Shown one piece after another: positions 36,905 to 47,206 of a stretch of DNA of 64,000 nt. The notes below the pieces were generated by a model. The model saw only the letters and a program-made list of their open reading frames with translations, did not search any database and was not told where the DNA came from. Source of the stretch: an uncultured Gemmatimonadaceae bacterium (GTDB lineage Bacteria; Gemmatimonadota; Gemmatimonadetes; Longimicrobiales; RSA9); NCBI GenBank assembly GCA_964416095.1, contig CAYQCY010000004.1, forward strand, positions 8,561 through 72,560, written 5' to 3'. Position 1 is the first letter of the stretch; every line of letters starts with the position of its first letter. Made by a program: the position numbers and the translations under genes.

Positions 36905-37801
36905 CTACGCTCCCGTTTCCGCCAACACCACCCGGTCGTGGCCAGCCAGGTCCGACACGACGCGCGGCGCGCCGTATGCCCTCCTCGCGTCCACCAGACC
37001 GGCCACCGCGTCCGCCTGGCCCATACCCACCTCCAGCGCCAGCAGGCCGCCGGGCCGCAGCCTATCCGCCGCGCCCTCCACGATGGCCCGGATCACGGCC
37101 AGCCCGTCCTCGCCGGCGAACAGGGCTTCCTCCGGCTCCCAGTCCCGGACCTCGGGCATCAAGCCCGACCGCTCCGCCTCCGCCACGTACGGCGGGTTCG
37201 ACACCACCACGTCGAACGTCTCGCCTTCCGCCACCGGCGCCCACAGCGGCCCCGCACGAAAGTGGATCCTGTCCAGCAGCCCGAGCCGTTCCGCATTGGA
37301 CGCTGCCAGCTCCAGGGCGTCCCGGGATGCGTCCGTCGCCACCACCGTGAACGGGCCCTCGTGGGCCAGGCTGAGCGCGATGGCACCCGACCCCGTCCCC
37401 ACATCGAGGGCAGAAAACGTGCCGGTGGCAGCCCCGGTAGAGTCGCCCTCCAGCCGGGCCGCGTCAACAGACGCCGCCCATGCCAGCACCTCCCCCACCA
37501 GCACCTCCGTCTCCGGACGGGGGATCAGCACGCGACGGTCCACACGGACCGTGATCTCGCGGAAACCCGCTTCGCCGGTGATGTACTGGAGCGGCTCACG
37601 GTGCAGGCGGCGGCGCAGCGCGTCCCGGTAGCCATCCACCTCGGCGGGCGTGAGCGATCGCTCGAACTGGAGGTAGACGTCGAGACGCCGAATGCCCAGG
37701 ACGTGGGCCATGAGAAGCTCCGCCTCGAGGCGCGCGTTCCCGATCCCCTCGCGCTCCAGGCGCTCCGCTGCGAGCTTCACCAGCTCCAGGGGCCGATGCA
37801 C
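36905..37801 (-). CDS. prmC: release-factor glutamine N5-methyltransferase
   Basis: 298 aa with DVGTGSGAIALSLA and the VVSNPPYV motif, located immediately downstream of prfA. Confidence 0.9.
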   Translation of the reverse strand: MHRPLELVKLAAERLEREGIGNARLEAELLMAHVLGIRRLDVYLQFERSLTPAEVDGYRDALRRRLHREPLQYITGEAGFREITVRVDRRVLIPRPETEVLVGEVLAWAASVDAARLEGDSTGAATGTFSALDVGTGSGAIALSLAHEGPFTVVATDASRDALELAASNAERLGLLDRIHFRAGPLWAPVAEGETFDVVVSNPPYVAEAERSGLMPEVRDWEPEEALFAGEDGLAVIRAIVEGAADRLRPGGLLALEVGMGQADAVAGLVDARRAYGAPRVVSDLAGHDRVVLAETGA

Positions 37802-37804
37802 GCC

Positions 37805-38887
<1,083 letters not shown>

Positions 38888-38897
38888 GACAACCCTG

Positions 38898-38926
38898 TGA
38901 AAAGAGCCGGGATCGTGTCCCGGCTC
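38898..38926 (-). terminator. intrinsic terminator between rpmE and prfA
   Basis: On the minus strand, a 9-bp GC-rich stem (GAGCCGGGA cacga UCCCGGCUC, 38926..38904) is followed by UUUUCA. It starts 6 nt after the rpmE stop. Confidence 0.65.
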
Positions 38927-38932
38927 TCGAGG

Positions 38933-39337
38933 TCAGCTCTCCTCTTCCTCGTCGGCGCTGCCGCCGTCCGGCTCCGCTTCCGCCTCTTCGGCCGCCTCCC
39001 CGGCGGACGCTTCCGCCTCCGCCGCGGCTGCCTGCTCCGCGTCCGTCGACTCCTCGCCGGCGTCCGCGGCCTCGGCCTTCGCCTTCCGGGCCTCCGCCTT
39101 CTTCTCTTCCCGGTCCGCCGCTTCCTTCCGCTTCGCCTGCGTCTTCTTCCACTTGCGCTCGAACCGCTCCACGCGGCCCGCCGTGTCCACGATCCGCTGC
39201 TGACCCGTGAAGAACGGGTGGCAGACCGAGCAGATCTCCACGTGGATGTCGTCCACCGTGCTCCGCGTCTGGAACGTGTTGCCGCACGCGCAGTGCACGG
39301 TCGCGAGCTTGTACTCCGGGTGTATCCCCTGCCTCAT
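38933..39337 (-). CDS. rpmE: 50S ribosomal protein L31 (Zn-ribbon type) with long C-terminal extension
   Basis: The N-terminal ~70 aa is [10 protein letters not shown]...HCACGN...[12 protein letters not shown]...[10 protein letters not shown]. About 65 extra residues follow, rich in Lys/Glu/Ala and then strongly acidic. Confidence 0.9.
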   Translation of the reverse strand: MRQGIHPEYKLATVHCACGNTFQTRSTVDDIHVEICSVCHPFFTGQQRIVDTAGRVERFERKWKKTQAKRKEAADREEKKAEARKAKAEAADAGEESTDAEQAAAAEAEASAGEAAEEAEAEPDGGSADEEEES

Positions 39338-39379
39338 CGTCGTCCGATCCGCGTCATCAGGTACGTTCCAAGCCCGTCA

Positions 39380-39408
39380 AACATAATGACGGCACCTGCC
39401 GTGATCAA
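39380..39408 (-). promoter_or_regulatory. candidate sigma70-type promoter of rpmE
   Basis: On the minus strand: TTGATC (39408..39403), 17 nt, TATGTT (39385..39380), about 40 nt upstream of the rpmE ATG. Confidence 0.4.
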
Positions 39409-39411
39409 GAC

Positions 39412-39819
39412 GGGTCACGGCGTGGACCTTCCCCATTGTTGCGCGTCCCCGCTGATGCAGCCGGGCAACATCGGGCCGCCGTCGAGCTCCTGCTCGCAGC
39501 GCGGCGAGGATCCGGTCGATCGCCAGGCCCCGTGGCAGGGCCACCTTCGCCGTCGGGAAAACGCGGAAAAGCGGAAGGAGGCGGCTGCGCGGAAGCCGCG
39601 GTCGCGAAGGGTTGCGCGCCACGCCGCCGTCCGACAAGAGGTTTTGAAGGTCCGGCTGCGACGCGTACGCAAGGGCAGGCCGAGGGCGTCCCGCGTCTTT
39701 GCGCGACGATTCCGCGCGTCCGCGTTGAATTCCCACTTTCCGATCGACGCTATCTCTCGCACCATAACGGGTTACGGAGAAACCCGGCCATTTTTTGGGG
39801 AAGGTCCTGGGGTCACGGC
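39412..39819 (+). mobile_element. MITE-like non-coding repeat element, copy A (with flanking direct repeats)
   Basis: The ~388-nt body (39422..39809) is ~93% identical (hand alignment) to 54728..55116. The 12-bp terminal inverted repeats are perfect: GGACCTTCCCCA (39424..39435) and TGGGGAAGGTCC (39796..39807). A perfect 10-bp direct repeat GGGTCACGGC flanks it at 39412..39421 and 39810..39819. Substitutions between copies show no 3-nt periodicity. Confidence 0.65.
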
Positions 39820-41366
39820 CTCACCCGCGCCCCAACGAGCATGGCCAGGGCGGCGAGCGTCGCGGCCGTGGCGAGCCAGTCGCCCCAGCGGGTGTACAGG
39901 GTCCGCTCGTCGGTGGTGTAGACGGTGGCCGAGCGAACCGCGGCCCCGAACAGCTCGGTCTCCTCGTAGGTGCGCCCCCGGGGGTCGACGTACATGGAGA
40001 TCCCGGTGTTGGCCGGGCGAGCCACGCCCATGCGGTTCTCGATGGCCCGGAGCACGAGGTGGGACGGGTGCTGCCAGAGCGCGCTGGTCCGGGCGTACCA
40101 ATCCTCGCGGCCGTACCAGGCGTCGTTGGTCATGTTGACGAGGAAGTCGGCGCCCCGGTTGCGGAACCGGCGGCTCTGCTGCTGGAAGATGGACTCGTAG
40201 CAGATGAGCACGCCGAACTCGGCGCCCTCGCGGCCCATGGGCTCGAGGGAGCGGCCGCGTCCGAGCCCACCGAACCAGCGCAGGTCGCCGGTGACGGACT
40301 CGAGCCAGTCGGGGTCCACGAAGGGCACGCGCTCCACGAAGGGCACGAGAAAGCGCTTGCTGTATACGTTGGTGGTGATGGAGTCGGGCGTGACGTAGAA
40401 GGCCGAGTTGAAGTACGTGGCGTCGCCGTCGCGCAGCTCCCGGTCGTAGGCGCCCACCAGGATCGGCGCTCCGGCCCGCAGGCTGAGCCCTCTCACGGCC
40501 AGCTCGACCCTCCCCTCGCTTCCCGGCTGGATGACGGTCGGCAACGCCACCTCGGGCCAGGCCACCAGGTCCACGCTCCCCCGCCGGATCTGGCCGGTGA
40601 GGTTGGCCAGGGCGCTGAACGAGGTGTCCAGGGCGATCCTGCTGTCCATCTTCAGGTCTTCCGGGATGTTGGGCTGGACGACGGCCACCCGCGCGGTGGG
40701 CCGCATCTCCAGCGTCGCGTCCCGCCAGACGCCGTACACGATCGGTACGGCCACGAGGGCCGCCAGCACGCCCACCGTTCCCCGAATCCGCCGTCCGGCG
40801 CGCCGGTGCACGATGGCCAGGGCGCCGACGCCGTTCACGGCGGCCAGCCACACCGTGAGCCCCCGGGCGCCCACCAGGTCCGCGGCCCCGGCCAGGCTCG
40901 GGAAGCCGGCCAGGGATGTGCCCAGCCCGAGCCAGGGGAAGGACAGGTCCGCCAGGTTGCCCTGGACCCATTCCAGGGCCGTCCAGAACGCGGCAGCGAT
41001 GACGGGCAGCGGCACGCGCGTCCTCTGTAGCGTGTAGTGGACCGCCCAGCCGAAGGCCCCGCTGAACCCGGTGAGCACCAGGATGGTGCCCAGGTACGCC
41101 GGGACGGCCAGGGCGGAGTAGTAGATCAGCGCGATGACCAGCCAGTACAGGGTCAGCCCGAAGTAGATCAGGCCGGCGAGCATGGCGCCGCGCGTCGCTT
41201 CCCAGCGTCCCCGGGCGTCCGGTGCGCGCTCGGCGATGAAGACGAGGAGCGGGACGAGCCCCAGGAAGGAGGGCAGAAGCAGCCGGAACGGCGGGAAGGC
41301 GAGGGCCATCACGATCCCCGACAGCGTGGGCAGCAGGCGCTGTCCCCGTGGCGGCACGAGGCTCAC
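39813..41366 (-). CDS. lnt: apolipoprotein N-acyltransferase
   Basis: 517 aa: N-terminal multi-TM region plus a CN-hydrolase domain (VVQPNIP, VAWPEVALP, ICYESIF). Confidence 0.9.
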   Translation of the reverse strand: MSLVPPRGQRLLPTLSGIVMALAFPPFRLLLPSFLGLVPLLVFIAERAPDARGRWEATRGAMLAGLIYFGLTLYWLVIALIYYSALAVPAYLGTILVLTGFSGAFGWAVHYTLQRTRVPLPVIAAAFWTALEWVQGNLADLSFPWLGLGTSLAGFPSLAGAADLVGARGLTVWLAAVNGVGALAIVHRRAGRRIRGTVGVLAALVAVPIVYGVWRDATLEMRPTARVAVVQPNIPEDLKMDSRIALDTSFSALANLTGQIRRGSVDLVAWPEVALPTVIQPGSEGRVELAVRGLSLRAGAPILVGAYDRELRDGDATYFNSAFYVTPDSITTNVYSKRFLVPFVERVPFVDPDWLESVTGDLRWFGGLGRGRSLEPMGREGAEFGVLICYESIFQQQSRRFRNRGADFLVNMTNDAWYGREDWYARTSALWQHPSHLVLRAIENRMGVARPANTGISMYVDPRGRTYEETELFGAAVRSATVYTTDERTLYTRWGDWLATAATLAALAMLVGARVRP

Positions 41367-41385
41367 GTGTCGGCCCCTCCACCCC

Positions 41386-42066
41386 TCACCGGGCCCGTCC
41401 CGTCCGTTGGCCGTCGGCGCTCCCCACCACGGTGGGGTCCCGCCGACCGAACATGACGGCGACGCCGCCCCGGGCCGTGGCGTAGCGGAGGTCGCTCAGC
41501 ACCGTGTAGCGGGCCTCTCCGTACAGGCGCAGCCACCGCGTGAGCTGCAGCTCGAGGCCGCCCATGGCGTTCGCGCCGGCGGTCACCGTGTCCAACAGGT
41601 CGTCCACGAAGGTCCCCGCGAAGGCATCGCTGCTGCCGTTGAGCGTGTGCAGACCCGCGCCGAGCCCCAGGTACGTGAGCAGGTGGAAGGGCGTGCTCCA
41701 CACGAAATGGGCGTCCACGTCCACCGCCACGTCCGTCCAGGTCACAGGACCGAGGTCCGCGTCCGGTTGAATCGTGACAAGGGGAACTTGGCCCAGCTTC
41801 TCCTTGAGGGTCTCGATTTCGTCCGTCGTGAACGACGAGGACCAGTACGTGATCGAGGGCACGAGCCGGATCCCCGGCCCCAGGTAGCCCAGGTCGAAGC
41901 GCACGCCGAACGTTTCGGTGGCGCCCACCTTCGTGGGCCACATGTAGCCCGCGTCGACGCCGATCCCGCGGAGCGACAGGTTCTCGTAGTCGTAGTCGGC
42001 CAGGTCCTGGCCCGCCAGGGGCGCGGCCGCGGCGAGGGCCAGCACCAGCCATCCATGTCGACGCAT
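41386..42066 (-). CDS. putative outer-membrane beta-barrel protein
   Basis: Signal peptide MRRHGWLVLALAAAAPLAGQ, followed by alternating-hydrophobicity strands with aromatic girdle residues. No specific family is recognised. Confidence 0.5.
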   Translation of the reverse strand: MRRHGWLVLALAAAAPLAGQDLADYDYENLSLRGIGVDAGYMWPTKVGATETFGVRFDLGYLGPGIRLVPSITYWSSSFTTDEIETLKEKLGQVPLVTIQPDADLGPVTWTDVAVDVDAHFVWSTPFHLLTYLGLGAGLHTLNGSSDAFAGTFVDDLLDTVTAGANAMGGLELQLTRWLRLYGEARYTVLSDLRYATARGGVAVMFGRRDPTVVGSADGQRTGRAR

Positions 42067-42079
42067 GCGTCCCCCGTGT

Positions 42080-43330
42080 TCAGTACAGACGTACGATGTC
42101 CGTCCCCTGATAGTAGGTCCGGAGGATCTCCCGGTAGCTCTGGCCTGCCCGGGCCCGGCCGATGGCGCCCATCTGGCACATGCCGACGCCGTGACCCCAG
42201 CCGCCGCCCTCGGCCGTCAGCGACACGATCTCGCCGCCCTGGACGCGGCCATCCAGCTCGAAGCGCGAGCTGTTCAGGATGCGGTCCGGCTCCGGCCGCA
42301 ACACCCAGCGGGCGGAGTCGCCCCGGATCGTGAAGCGCCCGTCGTCCGTCTCGACGACCAGGCGGGCGACCCGGCCCGAGCTGGTTCGTTCCTCGATCTC
42401 CAGACGACGCACCCGCCGCGGGCTGCCGACCCGCCAGCCGGCGTGCTCGGCCAGGCCGCGTCCCAGCGCCGCCAGCAGCTCGGACCGTGTCCAGCTCTCC
42501 GACCACCGGTACCGGTTCGAGCTGTCGCAGTACGCGCCGTCCGCCGTCACATCCGAGACGGACCGCAGGTACGGCACGGGGTCCCGGCCCACCCACACCT
42601 CCTCCACGTTGGCCGTGCGGCCACCGCAGGTGGAGTGGTAGTACGCCAGGATCGCCTCGCCCCGGTACGTCACGATCTCGCCCCGGGTCTCCTCCACCGC
42701 CCGCCACGCCACCTCCTCCTCGCCGGCCAGGCCGCGGTAGACCTGGTCGGCGACGGTGGCGAAGAAGTCGAACGGACCGCCCCGGGCGCCCAGGTGCCGG
42801 ATGGCGTACGTCCGGGCCGCCACCGCCTGGGCTTTGACCGCCTCGATCTCCGACTCCGGCCGCTCGCCCAGCTCGTGGGGCACCACGCCCAGCAGGTAGG
42901 CCTCCAGCGCCAGCGTGTTGACCACCGTCACCCGCCCGGCCTCACCGGGTTGGATCAGCGCGGTGCCGCGATACGTCATCCCGTCCACCGTGACCACGTC
43001 GCCGGCCGAGCGGACGACCACCGGCGGCGTCAGCCCCCGGGCCCTCCGTCGGTCGGGCCCGCGGGCGTCCAGGCCATCATCGGAGACGCCGATGCGCCAG
43101 GCCTCGCCGGCCGCCGGTCGCGCAACCACGGACCCGCCGCCGTCCACGATCTCGTACGCCGCTTCGGACGAGACCGTGACACCCTCCACGTTCACCGCGA
43201 CGCCCACCCGGACCATGGGCTCGGCCGTGGGCAGGGGTCCCGCCGGCGGGATGTCGGCCCGGGGCCCGGCCACGGCACAGCCGGCCAGCGCGAGGGCGGC
43301 CAGGACGGGAACCGCGCCCGGCGCCCTCAC
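42080..43330 (-). CDS. SpoIID/LytB-domain protein (lipoprotein)
   Basis: Lipobox LALAGC plus SpoIID hallmarks [26 protein letters not shown] and YHSTCGGRT. Confidence 0.85.
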   Translation of the reverse strand: MRAPGAVPVLAALALAGCAVAGPRADIPPAGPLPTAEPMVRVGVAVNVEGVTVSSEAAYEIVDGGGSVVARPAAGEAWRIGVSDDGLDARGPDRRRARGLTPPVVVRSAGDVVTVDGMTYRGTALIQPGEAGRVTVVNTLALEAYLLGVVPHELGERPESEIEAVKAQAVAARTYAIRHLGARGGPFDFFATVADQVYRGLAGEEEVAWRAVEETRGEIVTYRGEAILAYYHSTCGGRTANVEEVWVGRDPVPYLRSVSDVTADGAYCDSSNRYRWSESWTRSELLAALGRGLAEHAGWRVGSPRRVRRLEIEERTSSGRVARLVVETDDGRFTIRGDSARWVLRPEPDRILNSSRFELDGRVQGGEIVSLTAEGGGWGHGVGMCQMGAIGRARAGQSYREILRTYYQGTDIVRLY

Positions 43331-44637
43331 CCCGCCACCTCCGCCATGGCGTCCCGCGCGGCGGCCAGCGTGGTGTCGACGTCGTCATCGGTATGCACCG
43401 TGGACAGGAACGCCGCTTCGAAGGGCGACTGGGGCATGTAGACGCCCCGGTCCAGCAACGCCCAGAAGTAGCGGCGGAAGAAGTCGCCGTCCACCGCTTG
43501 CGCGTCCTCGAAGCCGCGCACCGGACCCTCCACGAAGTGGACGCCCCACATGCCACCGGCCGCCGCGCCCCAGGCGCTCACGCCGTGGGACCGGGCCGCG
43601 TCCACGATCCCGTCCACCAGGGTCCGGGCCCTGGCCTCCAGCGCGTCGAACGGATCGGCCTGCCGGAGGGCCGCCAGCTGGGCCGCGCCCGCCACCATCC
43701 CCAACGGGTTGCCGGACAGCGTGCCGGCCTGGTACACCGGGCCCGTCGGCGCCACCCGCTCCATGATCTCGCGGCGTCCGCCGTACGCCGCCACCGGCAG
43801 CCCACCCCCCACGACCTTGCCCAGCGTGGTCAGGTCCGGCATGACGCCGTAGTACGCCTGGGCACCGCCCATGGCGATCCGAAATCCCGTCATCACCTCG
43901 TCGAAGACCAGCAGGGCCCCGTGCTCCTCCGTCAGCGCCCGGAGCCCGTCCAGGAACCCCTCCACCGGCGGGATGAAGCCGGAGTTGCCCACCACCGGCT
44001 CCACGAAGACGCACGCGATGGCATCGCCGTGGGTCCGGAACGCGTCCCGGGCCGCCTCCAGGTCGTTGTACGGCGCCGTCAGCGTGAGCTCGGCCAGGGC
44101 CGCCGGCACGCCCGGCGAGTCCGGCAGACCCAGAGTGGCCACGCCGCTCCCGGCCTGGACCAGGAAGGAGTCGCCGTGGCCGTGGTAGCAACCGGAAAAC
44201 TTCAGGATCCGGTCCCGTTTCGTGTAGCCCCGGGCCAGCCGCAGCGCCGACATGGTGGCCTCGGTGCCGCTGTTCACGAACCGGACCGACTCCACCGACG
44301 GAACGGCGTCCACGACCAGCTCCGCGAGCGTCACCTCGGCCCCGCACGGCGCCCCGTAGCTCGTGCCGCGCCCGGCGGCGTCGCGTACCGCCCGCACCAC
44401 ATCCGGGTGGGCGTGGCCCAGGATCAGGGCGCCCCAGCTCAGCACGTAGTCCAGGTACTCGTTGCCGTCCACGTCCCGCAGCCGGGACCCGCTGCCCCGG
44501 TCCACGAAGAACGGCTCCCCGCCCACGGCGCCGAAGGCCCGGGCCGGTGAGTTCACCCCACCGGGCGTCAGCGCCCGCGCCCGGGCGAACAGCGCCGCGC
44601 TGCGTTCCCGGTCAGGGCTGCGTACCGTCTCGCTCAT
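43327..44637 (-). CDS. hemL: glutamate-1-semialdehyde 2,1-aminomutase
   Basis: [17 protein letters not shown]...[12 protein letters not shown] with the class-III aminotransferase fold. The start was trimmed to ATG 44637. Confidence 0.9.
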   Translation of the reverse strand: MSETVRSPDRERSAALFARARALTPGGVNSPARAFGAVGGEPFFVDRGSGSRLRDVDGNEYLDYVLSWGALILGHAHPDVVRAVRDAAGRGTSYGAPCGAEVTLAELVVDAVPSVESVRFVNSGTEATMSALRLARGYTKRDRILKFSGCYHGHGDSFLVQAGSGVATLGLPDSPGVPAALAELTLTAPYNDLEAARDAFRTHGDAIACVFVEPVVGNSGFIPPVEGFLDGLRALTEEHGALLVFDEVMTGFRIAMGGAQAYYGVMPDLTTLGKVVGGGLPVAAYGGRREIMERVAPTGPVYQAGTLSGNPLGMVAGAAQLAALRQADPFDALEARARTLVDGIVDAARSHGVSAWGAAAGGMWGVHFVEGPVRGFEDAQAVDGDFFRRYFWALLDRGVYMPQSPFEAAFLSTVHTDDDVDTTLAAARDAMAEVAG

Positions 44638-46264
44638 CGATCGTCTCCACGTCGCCTTCGAAGTCCCGTTCCACAACGGAGGTGAGCCGCACCTCCACGA
44701 ACCGCCCCGGCTCCACGCCGGGGACCGCCGGCAGCGCCACGACGCCGTCCACCTCCACCGCCTGCCACGGCGCACGACCCGTGGCCATGCCCGCCTCCCG
44801 GTCCACCGCGTCCACCAGGACGGGCACGGTGTGCCCCAGCCGGGCCTCGTTCCGCTCCTGGGCGATGGCCCGCTGCACGTCCAGCACCCGCTCGAGCCGC
44901 TCCCGGCGTACCTCCTCCGGCACCGGGTCCGGCATGCCGGCCGCCGCCGTGCCTTCCTCCTCCGAGTACGCGAAAGCGCCCATGTGGTCGAAGCGCACCG
45001 TCTCGAGCAGGTCGATCAGCGCGTCCACGTCCTCGTCCGTCTCGCCGGGGAACCCCACGATCACGGTGGTGCGCAGCGCCAGCCCGGGCACCCTGTCCCG
45101 GAGCCGTTCGACCCGGTCCAGGATCGTTTCCCTCCGCTCCGGCCTGCGCATGAGCTTGAGCATGCGGTCGGACCCGTGCTGGATCGGCATGTCCAGGTAC
45201 GGGAGGAGCCGGTCCTCCTCCGCCAGCATCCGCACCAGCCTGTCGGTGATCCCCGACGGGTACATGTAGAACAGCCGGATCCACGGGATCCCCGTCTCGT
45301 CCAGCAGCGCGCGCAGCAGTTGCGGCAGCGCCCCCGTCCGGTCGAGCCCCGCGAGGTCGTGCTGCGCCCGCACGGGGCCCGACGGCTCCCGCGCCAGCGC
45401 CGTCAGGCCCGGTCGCGTCACGGCCTGTTCGACGGCCTGGAACAGCTCGAGCCCCGCCATCCCCTCGAAGGTGCGGCCCACGAAGAACGACGACGCCGTC
45501 TCCCTGTCTCGCCGTCCCCCCGACCCCCCGTCGGGGCCGGGGGCGGCAGGGCGGCGCCGCGCCCAGTCCCGGCCGTACCAGGTCGTGTCCTGGCTCACGA
45601 TGTTGAGCTCCACCGTGCCCGCCGCCTCCAGCTCCTGCGCCTCCCGGACCAGCATCTCCACCGGTGTCGAGCGGAACTTCCCCCGCATGAGCGGGATGGC
45701 GCAGAAGGCACAGCCGTGGTCGCACCCCTCGCTGATCTTGAGGTGCGCCGTATGGGGCGTCTCGGAGGTCACCAGGCGCAGAGGCCGCTCCACGAGCGGC
45801 GTTTCCCGGGCCTCCACGAGCCCCCGCGCCTCCAGCTCCGGGACCAGGCGGTCCACCTCCGCCAGGCCCAGGAACAGGTCCACCTCGGGGATCTCCGCCG
45901 CCAGCTCGGCCTTGTAGCGCTGGACCAGGCAGCCCATGGCCACGACCGCCCTCAGCTCGCCTTCCTCCTTGAGGCGTACGGCCTCCAGAATCGTGTCGAT
46001 GGACTCCTGCTTGGCCAGATCGATGAACCCGCAGGTGTTGATCACCAGCACGTCCGCGTCCCGGGCGCGGGCCGCCACGTCCACGCCGGAGCCCTGGAGC
46101 CCCGCCAGCACCCGCTCGCTGTCCACGGTGTTCTTGTCGCAGCCCAGCGTCAGCACGCCGACCCTGAGCCCCGTTTCCGTGGCGGCGAGGAGGTCCGGCA
46201 TCGACGCCGGCGCCGACCCGGACGGGAGCACCGGGAGCGTTCTGCGCCGGGGTCGTCGGGTCAT
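44612..46264 (-). CDS. rimO: ribosomal protein S12 methylthiotransferase RimO (MiaB family)
   Basis: UPF0004 N-domain (LGCDKN, VINTCGF), radical-SAM CDHGCAFC and a C-terminal TRAM domain. An alternative start is ATG 46201. Confidence 0.85.
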   Translation of the reverse strand: MTRRPRRRTLPVLPSGSAPASMPDLLAATETGLRVGVLTLGCDKNTVDSERVLAGLQGSGVDVAARARDADVLVINTCGFIDLAKQESIDTILEAVRLKEEGELRAVVAMGCLVQRYKAELAAEIPEVDLFLGLAEVDRLVPELEARGLVEARETPLVERPLRLVTSETPHTAHLKISEGCDHGCAFCAIPLMRGKFRSTPVEMLVREAQELEAAGTVELNIVSQDTTWYGRDWARRRPAAPGPDGGSGGRRDRETASSFFVGRTFEGMAGLELFQAVEQAVTRPGLTALAREPSGPVRAQHDLAGLDRTGALPQLLRALLDETGIPWIRLFYMYPSGITDRLVRMLAEEDRLLPYLDMPIQHGSDRMLKLMRRPERRETILDRVERLRDRVPGLALRTTVIVGFPGETDEDVDALIDLLETVRFDHMGAFAYSEEEGTAAAGMPDPVPEEVRRERLERVLDVQRAIAQERNEARLGHTVPVLVDAVDREAGMATGRAPWQAVEVDGVVALPAVPGVEPGRFVEVRLTSVVERDFEGDVETIDERDGTQP

Positions 46265-46351
46265 CGGGTCCTGGATCGGCGGGCCGACGGCGCCGGAAAG
46301 ATACCGGCGGTGTGGAGGCCGATCAACGCGGCACGTGCCCGCGCGACGTGC

Positions 46352-47092
46352 TCAGCCACGGTCGATGATCCGGGCGTCCGGCGGCGGCGTGAAGCGGAAG
46401 AGAGAGTCGGGCAGGGTCGGGTTCACCGCCAGGTCCATCAGCTCGAAGCGACGCACCACATCCTGATGGTCCCGCAGCTCGAAGCGCCGCACCAGGTGGT
46501 CCCGTTCGTCGATCCAGACCTTGAGCGACCGGTATCCCGCATCCCGACGCGGCACCAGCGTCAGCACGTGGGCCTCCCGGCCCCGTACCGTCTCCATGCC
46601 GTGGTATTCCGCATCGAAGCGCTCCACCGGATCGCCGATGAACTGGGCTCGGAGATCGATGCCGCTCCGACCCTTCTCACCCACCGGCGCCCGGATCACC
46701 TGGTCCGCGTTCACGCTGGGGTAGTAGACCCAGAAATGACGCCCATCGCTCAGGATCACATCCCCTTCGGGCTCCGCGAAGCGCATGAGGAACCGGTCCG
46801 GCTGACGCTGGTACAGCATGCCACGGCTCCGGGTCGTCGTGCCCAGGAGCGTGTTCGTCAGCGTCTGTTCGAACACGGCCTGAAACGACTCCACGCCCTC
46901 GTACGTCCGGGCCGCCGCCCGCAGCACATCCGCCGCGACGCCGCCTTCCTGGGGCTCGTCCGCCACGGCCACCAGGATCCCCGCATCACCCGGCACCGTC
47001 GCCGGTACGTGCCGGACCGCCGCGTGGGCCTCGCCGTCGAGGCCGCACGCCAGCAGGAGCAACAGCGTGGTATGGATCGTCAAGCGCGTCAT
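46352..47092 (-). CDS. lolA: LolA-like outer-membrane lipoprotein carrier
   Basis: 246 aa: signal peptide, then a LolA-like pattern (F.Q......G.LY.Q.PDRFLMRF...ILSDGRHFWVYYP). Confidence 0.75.
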   Translation of the reverse strand: MTRLTIHTTLLLLLACGLDGEAHAAVRHVPATVPGDAGILVAVADEPQEGGVAADVLRAAARTYEGVESFQAVFEQTLTNTLLGTTTRSRGMLYQRQPDRFLMRFAEPEGDVILSDGRHFWVYYPSVNADQVIRAPVGEKGRSGIDLRAQFIGDPVERFDAEYHGMETVRGREAHVLTLVPRRDAGYRSLKVWIDERDHLVRRFELRDHQDVVRRFELMDLAVNPTLPDSLFRFTPPPDARIIDRG

Positions 47093-47206
47093 GGTCCTGG
47101 GTCGGTTCAGCCTTCTGCTACACGACGGTTGGCCCGCCGTTCCAAGGACGACGGCGGCGCCCGGCCGGGGCCGGACGCCGCCGCGGAGGTCGCGGGGCGG
47201 GGCTCC

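Noticed and set aside
39796-39812. GGGGAAGGTCCTGGGG / GGGGAAAGTCCTGGGG resembles the RNase P RNA P4 element GAGGAAAGUCCGGGC.
   Set aside because: It sits at the 3' end of a two-copy repeat. Other universally conserved RNase P regions (for example the ACAGAACCCGGCUUA-type 3' P4 strand and J3/4) are not present. RNase P RNA is single-copy.
39377-39921. ORFs inside the repeat element copies: 39377..39736 (-), 39415..39765 (-), 39436..39921 (+), and their counterparts 54713..55042 (-), 54847..55071 (-), 54718..55230 (+) and 54728..55153 (+).
   Set aside because: They are 'conserved' only because the DNA is repeated. Substitutions between copies show no third-position bias, a 1-nt indel (T6 versus T7) breaks frames, several frames are open simultaneously, and the products are Arg/Pro/Gly-rich.
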